DNA of 36,288 bases from Acidobacteriota bacterium (lineage in GTDB: Bacteria; Acidobacteriota; UBA6911; RPQK01; JADFOI01), in NCBI GenBank assembly GCA_036338555.1, contig JAYZBY010000136.1, positions 1-36,288 on the forward strand, given 5' to 3'. Of the stretch, positions 7,794 through 14,695 are shown in pieces; the first letter of the stretch is position 1, and every line of letters begins with the position of its first letter. The notes under the pieces were generated by a model. That model was not told where the DNA came from. It was given only the letters and a program-made list of their open reading frames with translations, and made no database searches. The translations under genes and the position numbers were made by a program.

Positions 7794-9245
7794 ATGCCAT
7801 TCCGAGCTAACTCTCCCCAGCCCCTGGACCGTCGCCGCTTTATCTCCCTGGCGACAGCTGGTGCTGCTGCTCTTGCCGCCGTTCGGCCTTTGTCAGGGTC
7901 CCTTCCGTCTCAGGATAGCGAACTCCCGGCCGACGCCCGGGCCGGGGATTGGCCCATGTTTGGAAACAATATTCGGGGCACTCGGAGTAACCCTCATGAG
8001 ACCCTCATCGGCCCGCACAATGTGGCTCAGCTGAAGGTGAAATGGACCTTTGAGGAGGCTCGAGGGTTCTCTCAGAGTACACCCATTGTGGTGGGCGACA
8101 GTCTTTACTTTACGGCCCACGATGGCCATGTCTGGGCGGTCGATACCCGGTCCGGAAGACTGAGATGGAAATTCGATGCCTGGGAGGGAATTCAGCCCGA
8201 CCAGATTCCGCTCGGCCAATCCGAGTTCCGTTCCAATATGTTCCGAGGGATGCGAGGCTCGGTTGCCTACGGCAACGGGCGCATTTACGTAGGTGACGCC
8301 ACCGCCCGATTCCACTGTCTGGACGCCGAGAGCGGTAAGGAGATCTGGCGAACCGTGATGGATCCGCTGGCGGGAAAACATCAGAGTCTGATTTCGGCGT
8401 CGCCCATTGTTTATGGGGAGAAGATCTTTATTGGACTCTCCACTACCTCTGGCCGCGCCCACATCGCCTGCCTGGATGCCAACACCGGTGCCGTCAGGTG
8501 GCGCTTCGATACCGTGCCCGATCCGGAAGCAGCCGGGGGAGGGGCGGTCTGGACCGCCGCCGCCCTGGATCCGGAGACCGGCACTGTTTACAACGTCACC
8601 GGAAGCATCCACGGCCATGTGCCTGGACCGATGTTATTCAGCGAGAGCATGATTGCCAACGACATGGAATCTGGCGAACTGCTCTGGTATGACCAGCTGC
8701 GGGCCAATGATCCCTTTGATCTGGATTACAGCTGTCACCCCATGCTTTTTGAAGCCACTCATCCTGAGCACCGGGCTGCCCGGCGTCGCTGTGTGGGTGC
8801 CGGCAGCAAGACCGGTTTTCACACCTTTGATCGGGATACGGGAGAGCATCTGTGGACGGCGGCCGTCACCAATGGCGGCGCCTGGCTCAACAGCACCGCC
8901 TATGGCAGGGATAAGGTCTATATGGTTTCCAATGGAGCCGCCGGCCACCGCCAGATTGCCCAGTCGGCCACCGTGGCGCTTCATGCCTGGACCGGGGAAG
9001 TCCTGTGGTGGACCCCCAATGCCTCCACCATCCAGGGAGCGGCGGCCTATGCCAATGGTCTTTTCTACCAGGGTTTTCGAGACGGCACCCTGCAGGCGCT
9101 GGATGGGGAGACCGGCGAGCCGCTCTGGACCTACCAACTGCCGGCGCCTCGACGGGGAGGAATCGTTATCTCCAACGGCACCCTCTACACCATCTGCGGA
9201 GGAACCAACTCGCCGCCCTATGCGGTTTATGCCTTTAGTCTGTAA
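7794..9245 (+). CDS. Tat-exported PQQ-like beta-propeller repeat protein
   Basis: GGAGG lies 8 nt upstream of the ATG. It has the twin-arginine motif DRRRFISLATAGAAALAA. The repeated W/G-rich propeller motifs (DWPMFGNNIRGTRSNP, GDSLYFTAHDGHVWAVDTRSGRLRWKF, DGTLQALDGETGEPLW) are typical of PQQ-like repeat proteins. It is a paralog of 27007..28434. Confidence 0.75.
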   Translation: MPFRANSPQPLDRRRFISLATAGAAALAAVRPLSGSLPSQDSELPADARAGDWPMFGNNIRGTRSNPHETLIGPHNVAQLKVKWTFEEARGFSQSTPIVVGDSLYFTAHDGHVWAVDTRSGRLRWKFDAWEGIQPDQIPLGQSEFRSNMFRGMRGSVAYGNGRIYVGDATARFHCLDAESGKEIWRTVMDPLAGKHQSLISASPIVYGEKIFIGLSTTSGRAHIACLDANTGAVRWRFDTVPDPEAAGGGAVWTAAALDPETGTVYNVTGSIHGHVPGPMLFSESMIANDMESGELLWYDQLRANDPFDLDYSCHPMLFEATHPEHRAARRRCVGAGSKTGFHTFDRDTGEHLWTAAVTNGGAWLNSTAYGRDKVYMVSNGAAGHRQIAQSATVALHAWTGEVLWWTPNASTIQGAAAYANGLFYQGFRDGTLQALDGETGEPLWTYQLPAPRRGGIVISNGTLYTICGGTNSPPYAVYAFSL

Positions 9246-9308
9246 ATCTCAACACAGAGCCTCCGAGAAGAGGTTTCACCCCAGAGACACAGAGAAGAAA
9301 AACAACTA

Positions 9309-9341
9309 AAAAGACGGCGGCACCAAGTGCCGCCGTCTTTT
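9309..9341. terminator. bidirectional rho-independent terminator between convergent genes
   Basis: aaaagacggcggcac-caa-gtgccgccgtctttt forms a 15-bp perfect stem. It has an A-tract on the left and a T-tract on the right, and lies between 7794..9245 (+) and 9442..11316 (-). Confidence 0.85.
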
Positions 9342-9441
9342 GAAGTTACCTGTGTCTGTCAAGCGAATCCGGAAACCGACCTTCACGCTCGGCTCGTCAC
9401 ACCAAGGTAAGAAAAAGAACTCTGTGTCTCTGTGGTCAGGG

Positions 9442-11316
9442 CTAGTTGCCTGGCTGGTCGGCGTCCCAGATGATTTCCCCGCTCAGACCGGTCATGACCA
9501 CTTTCAGTTCCCGGATCTCTTCAATTGGAATGGTGAAAAAATCGTTGTCCAGCACGGCGAAGTCGGCGTACTTTCCGGGCTCCAGGGTCCCGATGGTATC
9601 CTCGGCCATCATGTACTCGGAGGCCCAGATGGTGGCCATCTTCAGGGCGCTGACTCGATCGATGCCCTCCTCCGGAAGAATCTCCACCTCCGGGGCCGCC
9701 CTGCCGGTCAGGAAGTCCACGTCTCTTCCGGGGATCTTGCGCGTCACCAGCGAATAGATGGGGGTCCAGAAATCGGTCCCTGCCGCCTCGAAGGTCACAC
9801 GAATACCGTCGTTGATCCAGGTCTTGACGGGCATGGCGAATTTTCTGAGCCCCTCACCATAATCCCTGATGTTCTCGGGAATATCCCGAAGCATGCCCAT
9901 ATTGACGTTGATGATGATCCCGTACAGCTTGATCTTGTCCATGATCTCCGGAACGTTGCCCAGCAGGATGTTGTGCTCGATGGTGGTTCGCAGGTTGCGT
10001 ATGTACTCCACCGAGTAGTTGCCTTCCCGCATGGCCTCTTCCAGCATCTCGATGTAAAGGCGGGCTCCGTGACTGGAAGTGGCATGACCCTGGACCGGCC
10101 GCCATCCGTGAATGATGGCTTCCTTGAAGGATTCCCAGGGCTTGCTGCCCGGATAGGGACAGCGCTCCCGGGCCTTCACTTCAGCCGGGGCATCGGGCAT
10201 GTCCGGGCCCATGCACACCTCGTTGTAGATGGAATCCCATACTTCGTTGCACATGCCGTTGTTCCAGAGCATCTCGCCGCCGTTGGCATGGTTGGTCCAG
10301 GGAGCGCCGCTGCCCTTGTAGAACTCGTGGATCTGTTTCTTGCCGTAGAAGTTGCCCCTTTGAGATTCCACGTAGTAGGCCAGACGGTGTGGCATCCTGC
10401 CTTCTCGATTCAGAAGATTGTAGGCGGCAATGACGCGAGGAAAGAGAATACGGGTGGCGGCGGTGGTGATGCCGAGTTTCTGCATATCCATCCCGTGCCG
10501 GTACATGGCCTCCGCCAGATCCTCCAGGGGTTTATCCTTCCACCACAGCTCGAAGCTCAGCCCTTGAATCTCCGGAACCGCGGCGTAGCCGTCCCTGCCG
10601 GCACCCGGACGATTCTCCATATCGGTGCTTTCCTCCCAGTCGGGAAAGAAGGTCTTGATCTCGTCGATGGCCGGTGTATTGAGGACTCCCTGGAGTCCGG
10701 TTTTTACCAGCACGGGATTGTTTTCGGTCCCGTTGTCGATCTGTCTTCGGTTGATGCTTCCCATATATAGCCAGCTGAAGGTGGTGCCGCGACGATTGTC
10801 ATCATTTTCCTTGAGATCAACGGTAATCCATTGGCCGTTGGGCAACTGGCGGGCCTGAATGGCATTGACGATGGTTTCCCGGATCTTCTTGGCGGTGGCT
10901 TCGGCCGTGGTTTCGGCCACCACCGTGAGCTTGATACTGGGATCGGTGAGATCCAGTTCGGGGCCATATCGAGCCACTGCCGGTGAGAAGAGATGATAGT
11001 GGGTTTGAATCAGTCCGGGAATGACGGTCTTGTTCCCCACATCCACGAAACGTGTCTTGGGTCCGGCCAGTTCCCGCATTTCGGAGTTGCTCCCCACCGC
11101 CATGATGCGTTTTCCCTTTACCGCCATCGATTCCACGATGTTTCCGGGCGTGTTGGGAGTGATGCTGCGATCATCCATGGTGACGATCTTTCCATTGGTC
11201 AGAATCAGATCGGCGTAACCCATATCGCCGACCAGTGGGTGAATCTGCTGTCCCCAGGCCAGAGTCGGAACCACGGCCAAGACTAGGATTAAAGTGACAA
11301 GTCTTCTCATTTGCAT
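9442..11316 (-). CDS. exported amidohydrolase family protein, group I
   Basis: 624 aa with a signal peptide. Motifs are QQIHPLVGDMGYADLILTNGKIVTMDD, HxH (QTHYH), and GTLEPGKYADFAVLDNDFFTIP. By eye it is very similar to 3855..5714 over long stretches (for example ERCPYPGSKPWESFKEAIIHGWRPVQGHATSSHGARLYIEMLEEAM). Confidence 0.85.
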   Translation of the reverse strand: MQMRRLVTLILVLAVVPTLAWGQQIHPLVGDMGYADLILTNGKIVTMDDRSITPNTPGNIVESMAVKGKRIMAVGSNSEMRELAGPKTRFVDVGNKTVIPGLIQTHYHLFSPAVARYGPELDLTDPSIKLTVVAETTAEATAKKIRETIVNAIQARQLPNGQWITVDLKENDDNRRGTTFSWLYMGSINRRQIDNGTENNPVLVKTGLQGVLNTPAIDEIKTFFPDWEESTDMENRPGAGRDGYAAVPEIQGLSFELWWKDKPLEDLAEAMYRHGMDMQKLGITTAATRILFPRVIAAYNLLNREGRMPHRLAYYVESQRGNFYGKKQIHEFYKGSGAPWTNHANGGEMLWNNGMCNEVWDSIYNEVCMGPDMPDAPAEVKARERCPYPGSKPWESFKEAIIHGWRPVQGHATSSHGARLYIEMLEEAMREGNYSVEYIRNLRTTIEHNILLGNVPEIMDKIKLYGIIINVNMGMLRDIPENIRDYGEGLRKFAMPVKTWINDGIRVTFEAAGTDFWTPIYSLVTRKIPGRDVDFLTGRAAPEVEILPEEGIDRVSALKMATIWASEYMMAEDTIGTLEPGKYADFAVLDNDFFTIPIEEIRELKVVMTGLSGEIIWDADQPGN

Positions 11317-11363
11317 ACCTCTGACAGGTTAAAAGGATTAATCGGGTAATGTCTGATCGATCT

Positions 11364-11392
11364 ATTCAATGGCGGCGACTCAGAAGTGTCAA
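11364..11392 (-). promoter_or_regulatory. candidate sigma-70-type promoter for 9442..11316
   Basis: The minus strand reads TTGACA (11392..11387), a 17-nt spacer, then TTGAAT (11369..11364). It lies about 45 nt upstream of the ATG. Confidence 0.4.
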
Positions 11393-11472
11393 GGACAATT
11401 TGTCATGGTTTAGACAACAGGAATGGGAAGAGCCTTCACAAGCCCCGAAGGCACGAAGGCACGAGTCGCCCC

Positions 11473-11501
11473 TTGACCTAGCTTGAGCCAGGAAATACAG
11501 T
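11473..11501 (+). promoter_or_regulatory. candidate sigma-70-type promoter for 11551..12024
   Basis: TTGACC (11473..11478), a 17-nt spacer, then TACAGT (11496..11501). It lies about 50 nt upstream of the ATG. Confidence 0.4.
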
Positions 11502-11550
11502 ATGGCCCGAATTGCAACGTTAATGAATATGCTCAAGGGAGAGAGGTAAC

Positions 11551-12024
11551 ATGGCTCCATCAGAAATGCAGGCTTGGTTTGAAGAGTACAAGAAGATCTG
11601 GGAAGCTCCTTTTCGGCTGGAGGATTATCTGAATTGTCATACCGAGGACGTCGTCTACAACGACCTCACCATTCCCACCATCTTCAACGGTCGTGATGGG
11701 CTGCGTGAATTCTATGTCCGGGTTCTGGAAGCGATTCCCAACTTTGCCTCCCGCTATGAGAGGTATTATCAGCAGGGCGATGTGGTCATCACCGAGGGAG
11801 CCCTGATCGGGGATCAGACCGAGATCTATCGCGGAAATCCGCCTTCCAACCGGCATGTGGACGTTCCCTGGGTCCAGTTCCTTCATTTCAAGGGGGATCT
11901 GATCCACGAGGTACACGACTACTACGATCGCCTCGACTTCCTGCGTCAGATGGGAATCGTGGATCTGGACTTCACCGGCCAGCCCGTTGAAAAAACCGGC
12001 GGCGATTACAAGGCTGGGGACTAG
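11551..12024 (+). CDS. SnoaL-like / NTF2-fold family protein
   Basis: 157 aa with a GGGAGAGAGG SD. YLNCHTEDVVYNDLTIPTIFNGRDGLREFY...GDLIHEVHDYYD resembles SnoaL-like polyketide cyclase / ketosteroid-isomerase-like domains. Confidence 0.55.
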   Translation: MAPSEMQAWFEEYKKIWEAPFRLEDYLNCHTEDVVYNDLTIPTIFNGRDGLREFYVRVLEAIPNFASRYERYYQQGDVVITEGALIGDQTEIYRGNPPSNRHVDVPWVQFLHFKGDLIHEVHDYYDRLDFLRQMGIVDLDFTGQPVEKTGGDYKAGD

Positions 12025-12042
12025 CCTTTAGGTGGGATAACT

Positions 12043-12066
12043 GTAGGGGCGCACGGCCGTGCGCCC
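12043..12066 (+). repeat. REP-like element, class A
   Basis: gtaggggcgcacggccgtgcgccc sits directly after the stop of 11551..12024. Confidence 0.85.
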
Positions 12067-12087
12067 TTTGTTCAGTTGGCGTGCCCT

Positions 12088-12103
12088 TGTAGCGGCCGCT
12101 ACA
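12088..12103. repeat. REP-like element, class B short palindrome
   Basis: tgtagcggccgctaca is identical to 1794..1809. Confidence 0.85.
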
Positions 12104-12110
12104 CCCGCCC

Positions 12111-13538
12111 TCACTCAAACACGTGTTTGAATTTCTTGTACATCTCTTCCCTCAGTTCGGGGCTGGGCCCGCTTATCCTGGGGAAGTCCTTGAGCCTCTC
12201 GTAAGGCTTGCAGGCTTCGATCACGGCCCGGGAACTGAAGCCTCCTGAGCCGTCCCCGGGTCCAATGGGATCATCGCTGGTTCGCATGCTGCGGGTGATG
12301 AGCTGGATCGAGGTTTCCGGATTGGAGCGAGTGCAAAGAGCCCAGATTACCTGGAAGGTGTCGGTCGGGTCGATGTCGTCGTCTACCACGATGGTGTAGC
12401 GATTGGCGTAAAGTCCCGCCTGGCATTGAGAGGCGATCAGGCCGGCTTGCCGGGCGTGTCCGGTGAACTTCTGTTCGATGGAGACGATGTTGAACATCCT
12501 GGAGCCGCCTGCCGGGTGGCACCACACTCCCTGGACACCGGGAACCCCGGCCCCCTCCAGCGCATCCCAGATGCGGGCTGAGCGGGTGAAGGCTCGATAG
12601 ACGGAATGTTCCGCGGGCGGGCGCACCGGCGGTGCCCCCAGGATGATGGGATCATTTCGATGCAGGATGCTGCGCAGGTGGATGATGGGATCGGCCTGGG
12701 GGGGACTGGCGTAGTAGCCGGTCCACTCACCGAAGGGACCTTCGAATTTCTTGGAGCCGGGAATGATTTCTCCTTCCAGAACGATCTCGCTCTGGGCCGG
12801 AATGGGAAGTCCGCTGAAGGGGCCCTCGATCACTTCAATCGGTTCGCCCTGCAGGGCACCCACGAAATCCATTTCGCAGTAGCCGTAGGGGAATTCCATG
12901 GAGGCAACCGTCAAAAAGGAAGGGTGGTGACCGACCGAAATGGCTACCTTGACCGATTCGTTTCGCTCCAGCGCTTTTCGGATATGCATGGCTCCGTGGT
13001 GAGCCAGGGCGATGTGCACGCCTACGGATTGCTCGTCGTGAATCATCACCCGGTAGGTCCCGGTGTTGACCCAGCCCTCGTCGGGGTCGCGGGTGATCAC
13101 CATATCGCCGGTTCCGATGTAGCGGCCCCCGTCGTGTTCATGCCACTTGGGTGTTGGGAACTTCAGAACATTGACGTCCTTGCCTTGCTGGACGTTTTCC
13201 AGAACGGGGCCGTCCTTCACCACTACCGGGGGAATGGGCTTGAAGCTGCCCGCCATTTCTCGCCACTTCTTGACGAAGTCCAGATTGGAGAGATCGGTGG
13301 GCATGCCGAAGGTGAGAGCCACCTTGCGCACAGAGGCCAGGGTATTGGTGATGACCCGATAGCCTTCCGGGTAGCCCTTGATCTTGTCGAATAGCAGCGA
13401 CGGCATGGGATCCATCTGGCTGGCCAGCTCGGTGAGGGCACCCATCTCGTGCACCCAGTCGGCGCCTTCAACCCGACGCACCTCACCCATCTTCTCGGCT
13501 TCTTCGATCCACAGGCGCAGATCAGTACAATTGGGCAT
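12111..13538 (-). CDS. UbiD-family (prFMN-dependent) decarboxylase
   Basis: 475 aa with GGGAG 6 nt upstream of the ATG. PKWHEHDGGRYIGTGDMVITRDPDEGWVNTGTYRVMIHD and the overall length match UbiD-family carboxy-lyases. It ends in TGA (12111..12113) and starts 37 nt after the upstream CMD gene. Confidence 0.85.
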   Translation of the reverse strand: MPNCTDLRLWIEEAEKMGEVRRVEGADWVHEMGALTELASQMDPMPSLLFDKIKGYPEGYRVITNTLASVRKVALTFGMPTDLSNLDFVKKWREMAGSFKPIPPVVVKDGPVLENVQQGKDVNVLKFPTPKWHEHDGGRYIGTGDMVITRDPDEGWVNTGTYRVMIHDEQSVGVHIALAHHGAMHIRKALERNESVKVAISVGHHPSFLTVASMEFPYGYCEMDFVGALQGEPIEVIEGPFSGLPIPAQSEIVLEGEIIPGSKKFEGPFGEWTGYYASPPQADPIIHLRSILHRNDPIILGAPPVRPPAEHSVYRAFTRSARIWDALEGAGVPGVQGVWCHPAGGSRMFNIVSIEQKFTGHARQAGLIASQCQAGLYANRYTIVVDDDIDPTDTFQVIWALCTRSNPETSIQLITRSMRTSDDPIGPGDGSGGFSSRAVIEACKPYERLKDFPRISGPSPELREEMYKKFKHVFE

Positions 13539-13575
13539 GTGTGACTCCCTGCCTCTTAGGGCTTCTCCTTCTTAC

Positions 13576-14136
13576 TTAGAAGTACTCCTCGAGCACTTCA
13601 GGGGGAACATCATCTTCGATTTTGAGGGCACTGGCAAAGGCATTGGTCAGGGCGGAGAGCATTACCACCGAGAGGGCTTCAACGATTTCAGCATCCTCCA
13701 GTCCCTGGGCTCTGAGTGCCTGGATGTCTTCAGGAGAAATGGTGGTCGTGTCGGCCGCCACCTTGCGGCCGAATCGAATGACGGCCAGTTCCCTGGGGTC
13801 CCCTCCCGGAACCTCCTTTCCTTCCCTCAGGGCTATGACGGTTTCCTTTTCCATGTTGAATTCCTTCACGAGGAATCGGGAATGCCCGCCCACTCAGTAA
13901 AAGCAGTTGCGCACGTCGGAGGCGGCAACGAAAAGGAGCTCCTTGAACTGGCGGCTGAATTTGCCTTTGCTCATCACCAGGTTGTAGCCGGAGGAAGATG
14001 CCCTTAAGGCCGGGGCGAAGTGAGCCATCATGGCGTAAAGGGGTGAAGGGCGTCCATGCTCCTTCACGAAGGCGTCGATCAGGCGCTGGCCCTCCGGCTC
14101 CAGGTTCTCCAGGTCGGGAAAGGGAATTAAAGCCAT
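13576..14136 (-). CDS. carboxymuconolactone decarboxylase/AhpD-family protein with predicted selenocysteine (in-frame TGA at 13894..13896)
   Basis: The track ORFs 13894..14136 and 13576..13893 are contiguous and in one frame, separated only by a TGA. Joined they give 186 aa: ...ELLFVAASDVRNCFY-U-VGGHSRFLVKEF... The TGA falls at the second Cys of the family motif C-x-x-C-x-x-x-H. A SECIS-like hairpin lies 16 nt downstream. AAGGAC SD precedes the ATG at 14136. Confidence 0.75.
13859..13877 (-). other. SECIS-like hairpin downstream of the recoded TGA
   Basis: The mRNA reads GAUUCCU-CGUGA-AGGAAUU, a 7-bp stem including one G.U pair with a 5-nt apical loop containing GU. The stem begins 16 nt after the UGA. 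Confidence 0.55.
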
Positions 14137-14160
14137 CGTTTGTCCTTATAGTAACGGTCG

Positions 14161-14192
14161 CTCTAGGAGCGGCCTCCGAAAAGATCGTGTCG
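14161..14192 (+). repeat. REP-like element, class B (degenerate head GTAACGGTCGC)
   Basis: gtaacggtcgctctaggagcggcctccgaaaa is a direct-orientation partner of 14261..14292. Confidence 0.7.
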
Positions 14193-14260
14193 ACACTCGA
14201 GCGACTATTTCACCTGCTGAGGAAGTAGCTGTCAAGTTGTGGTAGGGTGAGAGACCCGTT

Positions 14261-14292
14261 GTAGAGGCCGCTCTGTGAGCGGCCTCCGGAAA
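14261..14292 (+). repeat. REP-like element, class B long form
   Basis: gtagaggccgctctgtgagcggcctccggaaa. Confidence 0.8.
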
Positions 14293-14526
14293 CACCGTCG
14301 CCCATCTAATTACAATTGACAAACCAAAAATGCCTTGACAGAAGAGGGGCGTGCATTCGAAGATAGTAGATTGTTTACGGACAATTTTTAGGGGTTTAGG
14401 GTCGCGGCTGCGCACAAATTATGAAATCCAATATTTCGGATTCGGTTGATTCAGTTAATTTGGACCCGCATCCGCAGCCACCACTACATATCGATTTGAT
14501 AAAAGAGGGCGCCACAAGATAGCAGT

Positions 14527-14542
14527 TGGCCTCTCTATTGCC
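14527..14542 (+). promoter_or_regulatory. candidate sigma-54 (-24/-12) promoter for the TonB-dependent receptor
   Basis: TGGCCTCTCTATTGCC has TGGC and TTGC with exact GG-N10-GC spacing. It lies about 155 nt upstream of the ATG at 14696, inside an unusually AT-rich 400-nt leader. Confidence 0.45.
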
Positions 14543-14695
14543 TAAAAGATTGATCGTTCGAAGTGTGTATTTTAAACCGATACAGTGTTGTGGCTGATGA
14601 TTCGAGTGACCTGAATGCACTTTCGATCACATCCATACTAAGGATTTTCAGTTAAAGAAGTGATCCAAATCAATTCATTTTTTGGGAGGTTTTTC

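Noticed and set aside
7794-9245. Calling the two propeller proteins BamB (outer-membrane assembly lipoprotein) or a specific PQQ alcohol/glucose dehydrogenase.
   Set aside because: They carry twin-arginine signals rather than a lipobox, occur twice next to amidohydrolase genes, and are shorter than typical quinoprotein dehydrogenases. Only the generic PQQ-like propeller call is supportable without a profile search.
9340-10770. Long antisense ORFs opposite the amidohydrolase, UbiD, nitrilase-like and propeller genes. They are 9340..10770, 19158..20504, 18072..19148, 4686..5603, 3795..4532, 6241..7191, 31947..33110, 12606..13394, 20508..21371 and 26989..27870.
   Set aside because: Each lies entirely inside and opposite a gene with clear family motifs and an SD-supported start. 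Their translations are G/R/V/D/H-rich and low in complexity, which is typical of the open antisense frames produced by GC-rich coding sequence. None has a convincing ribosome-binding site.
11503-11515. Sigma-54-like string TGGCCCGAATTGC upstream of 11551..12024.
   Set aside because: GG and GC are separated by 8 nt instead of the required 10. A sigma-70-type TTGACC-17-TACAGT overlapping the same region is the better explanation.
13576-13893. Treating 13576..13893 and 13894..14136 (and likewise 33181..33429 and 33517..33810) as separate small genes.
   Set aside because: The halves are contiguous or in-frame with only a TGA between them. Neither half alone is a complete CMD domain, and the TGA falls exactly on the conserved redox Cys position. 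A single Sec-containing gene explains the data better.
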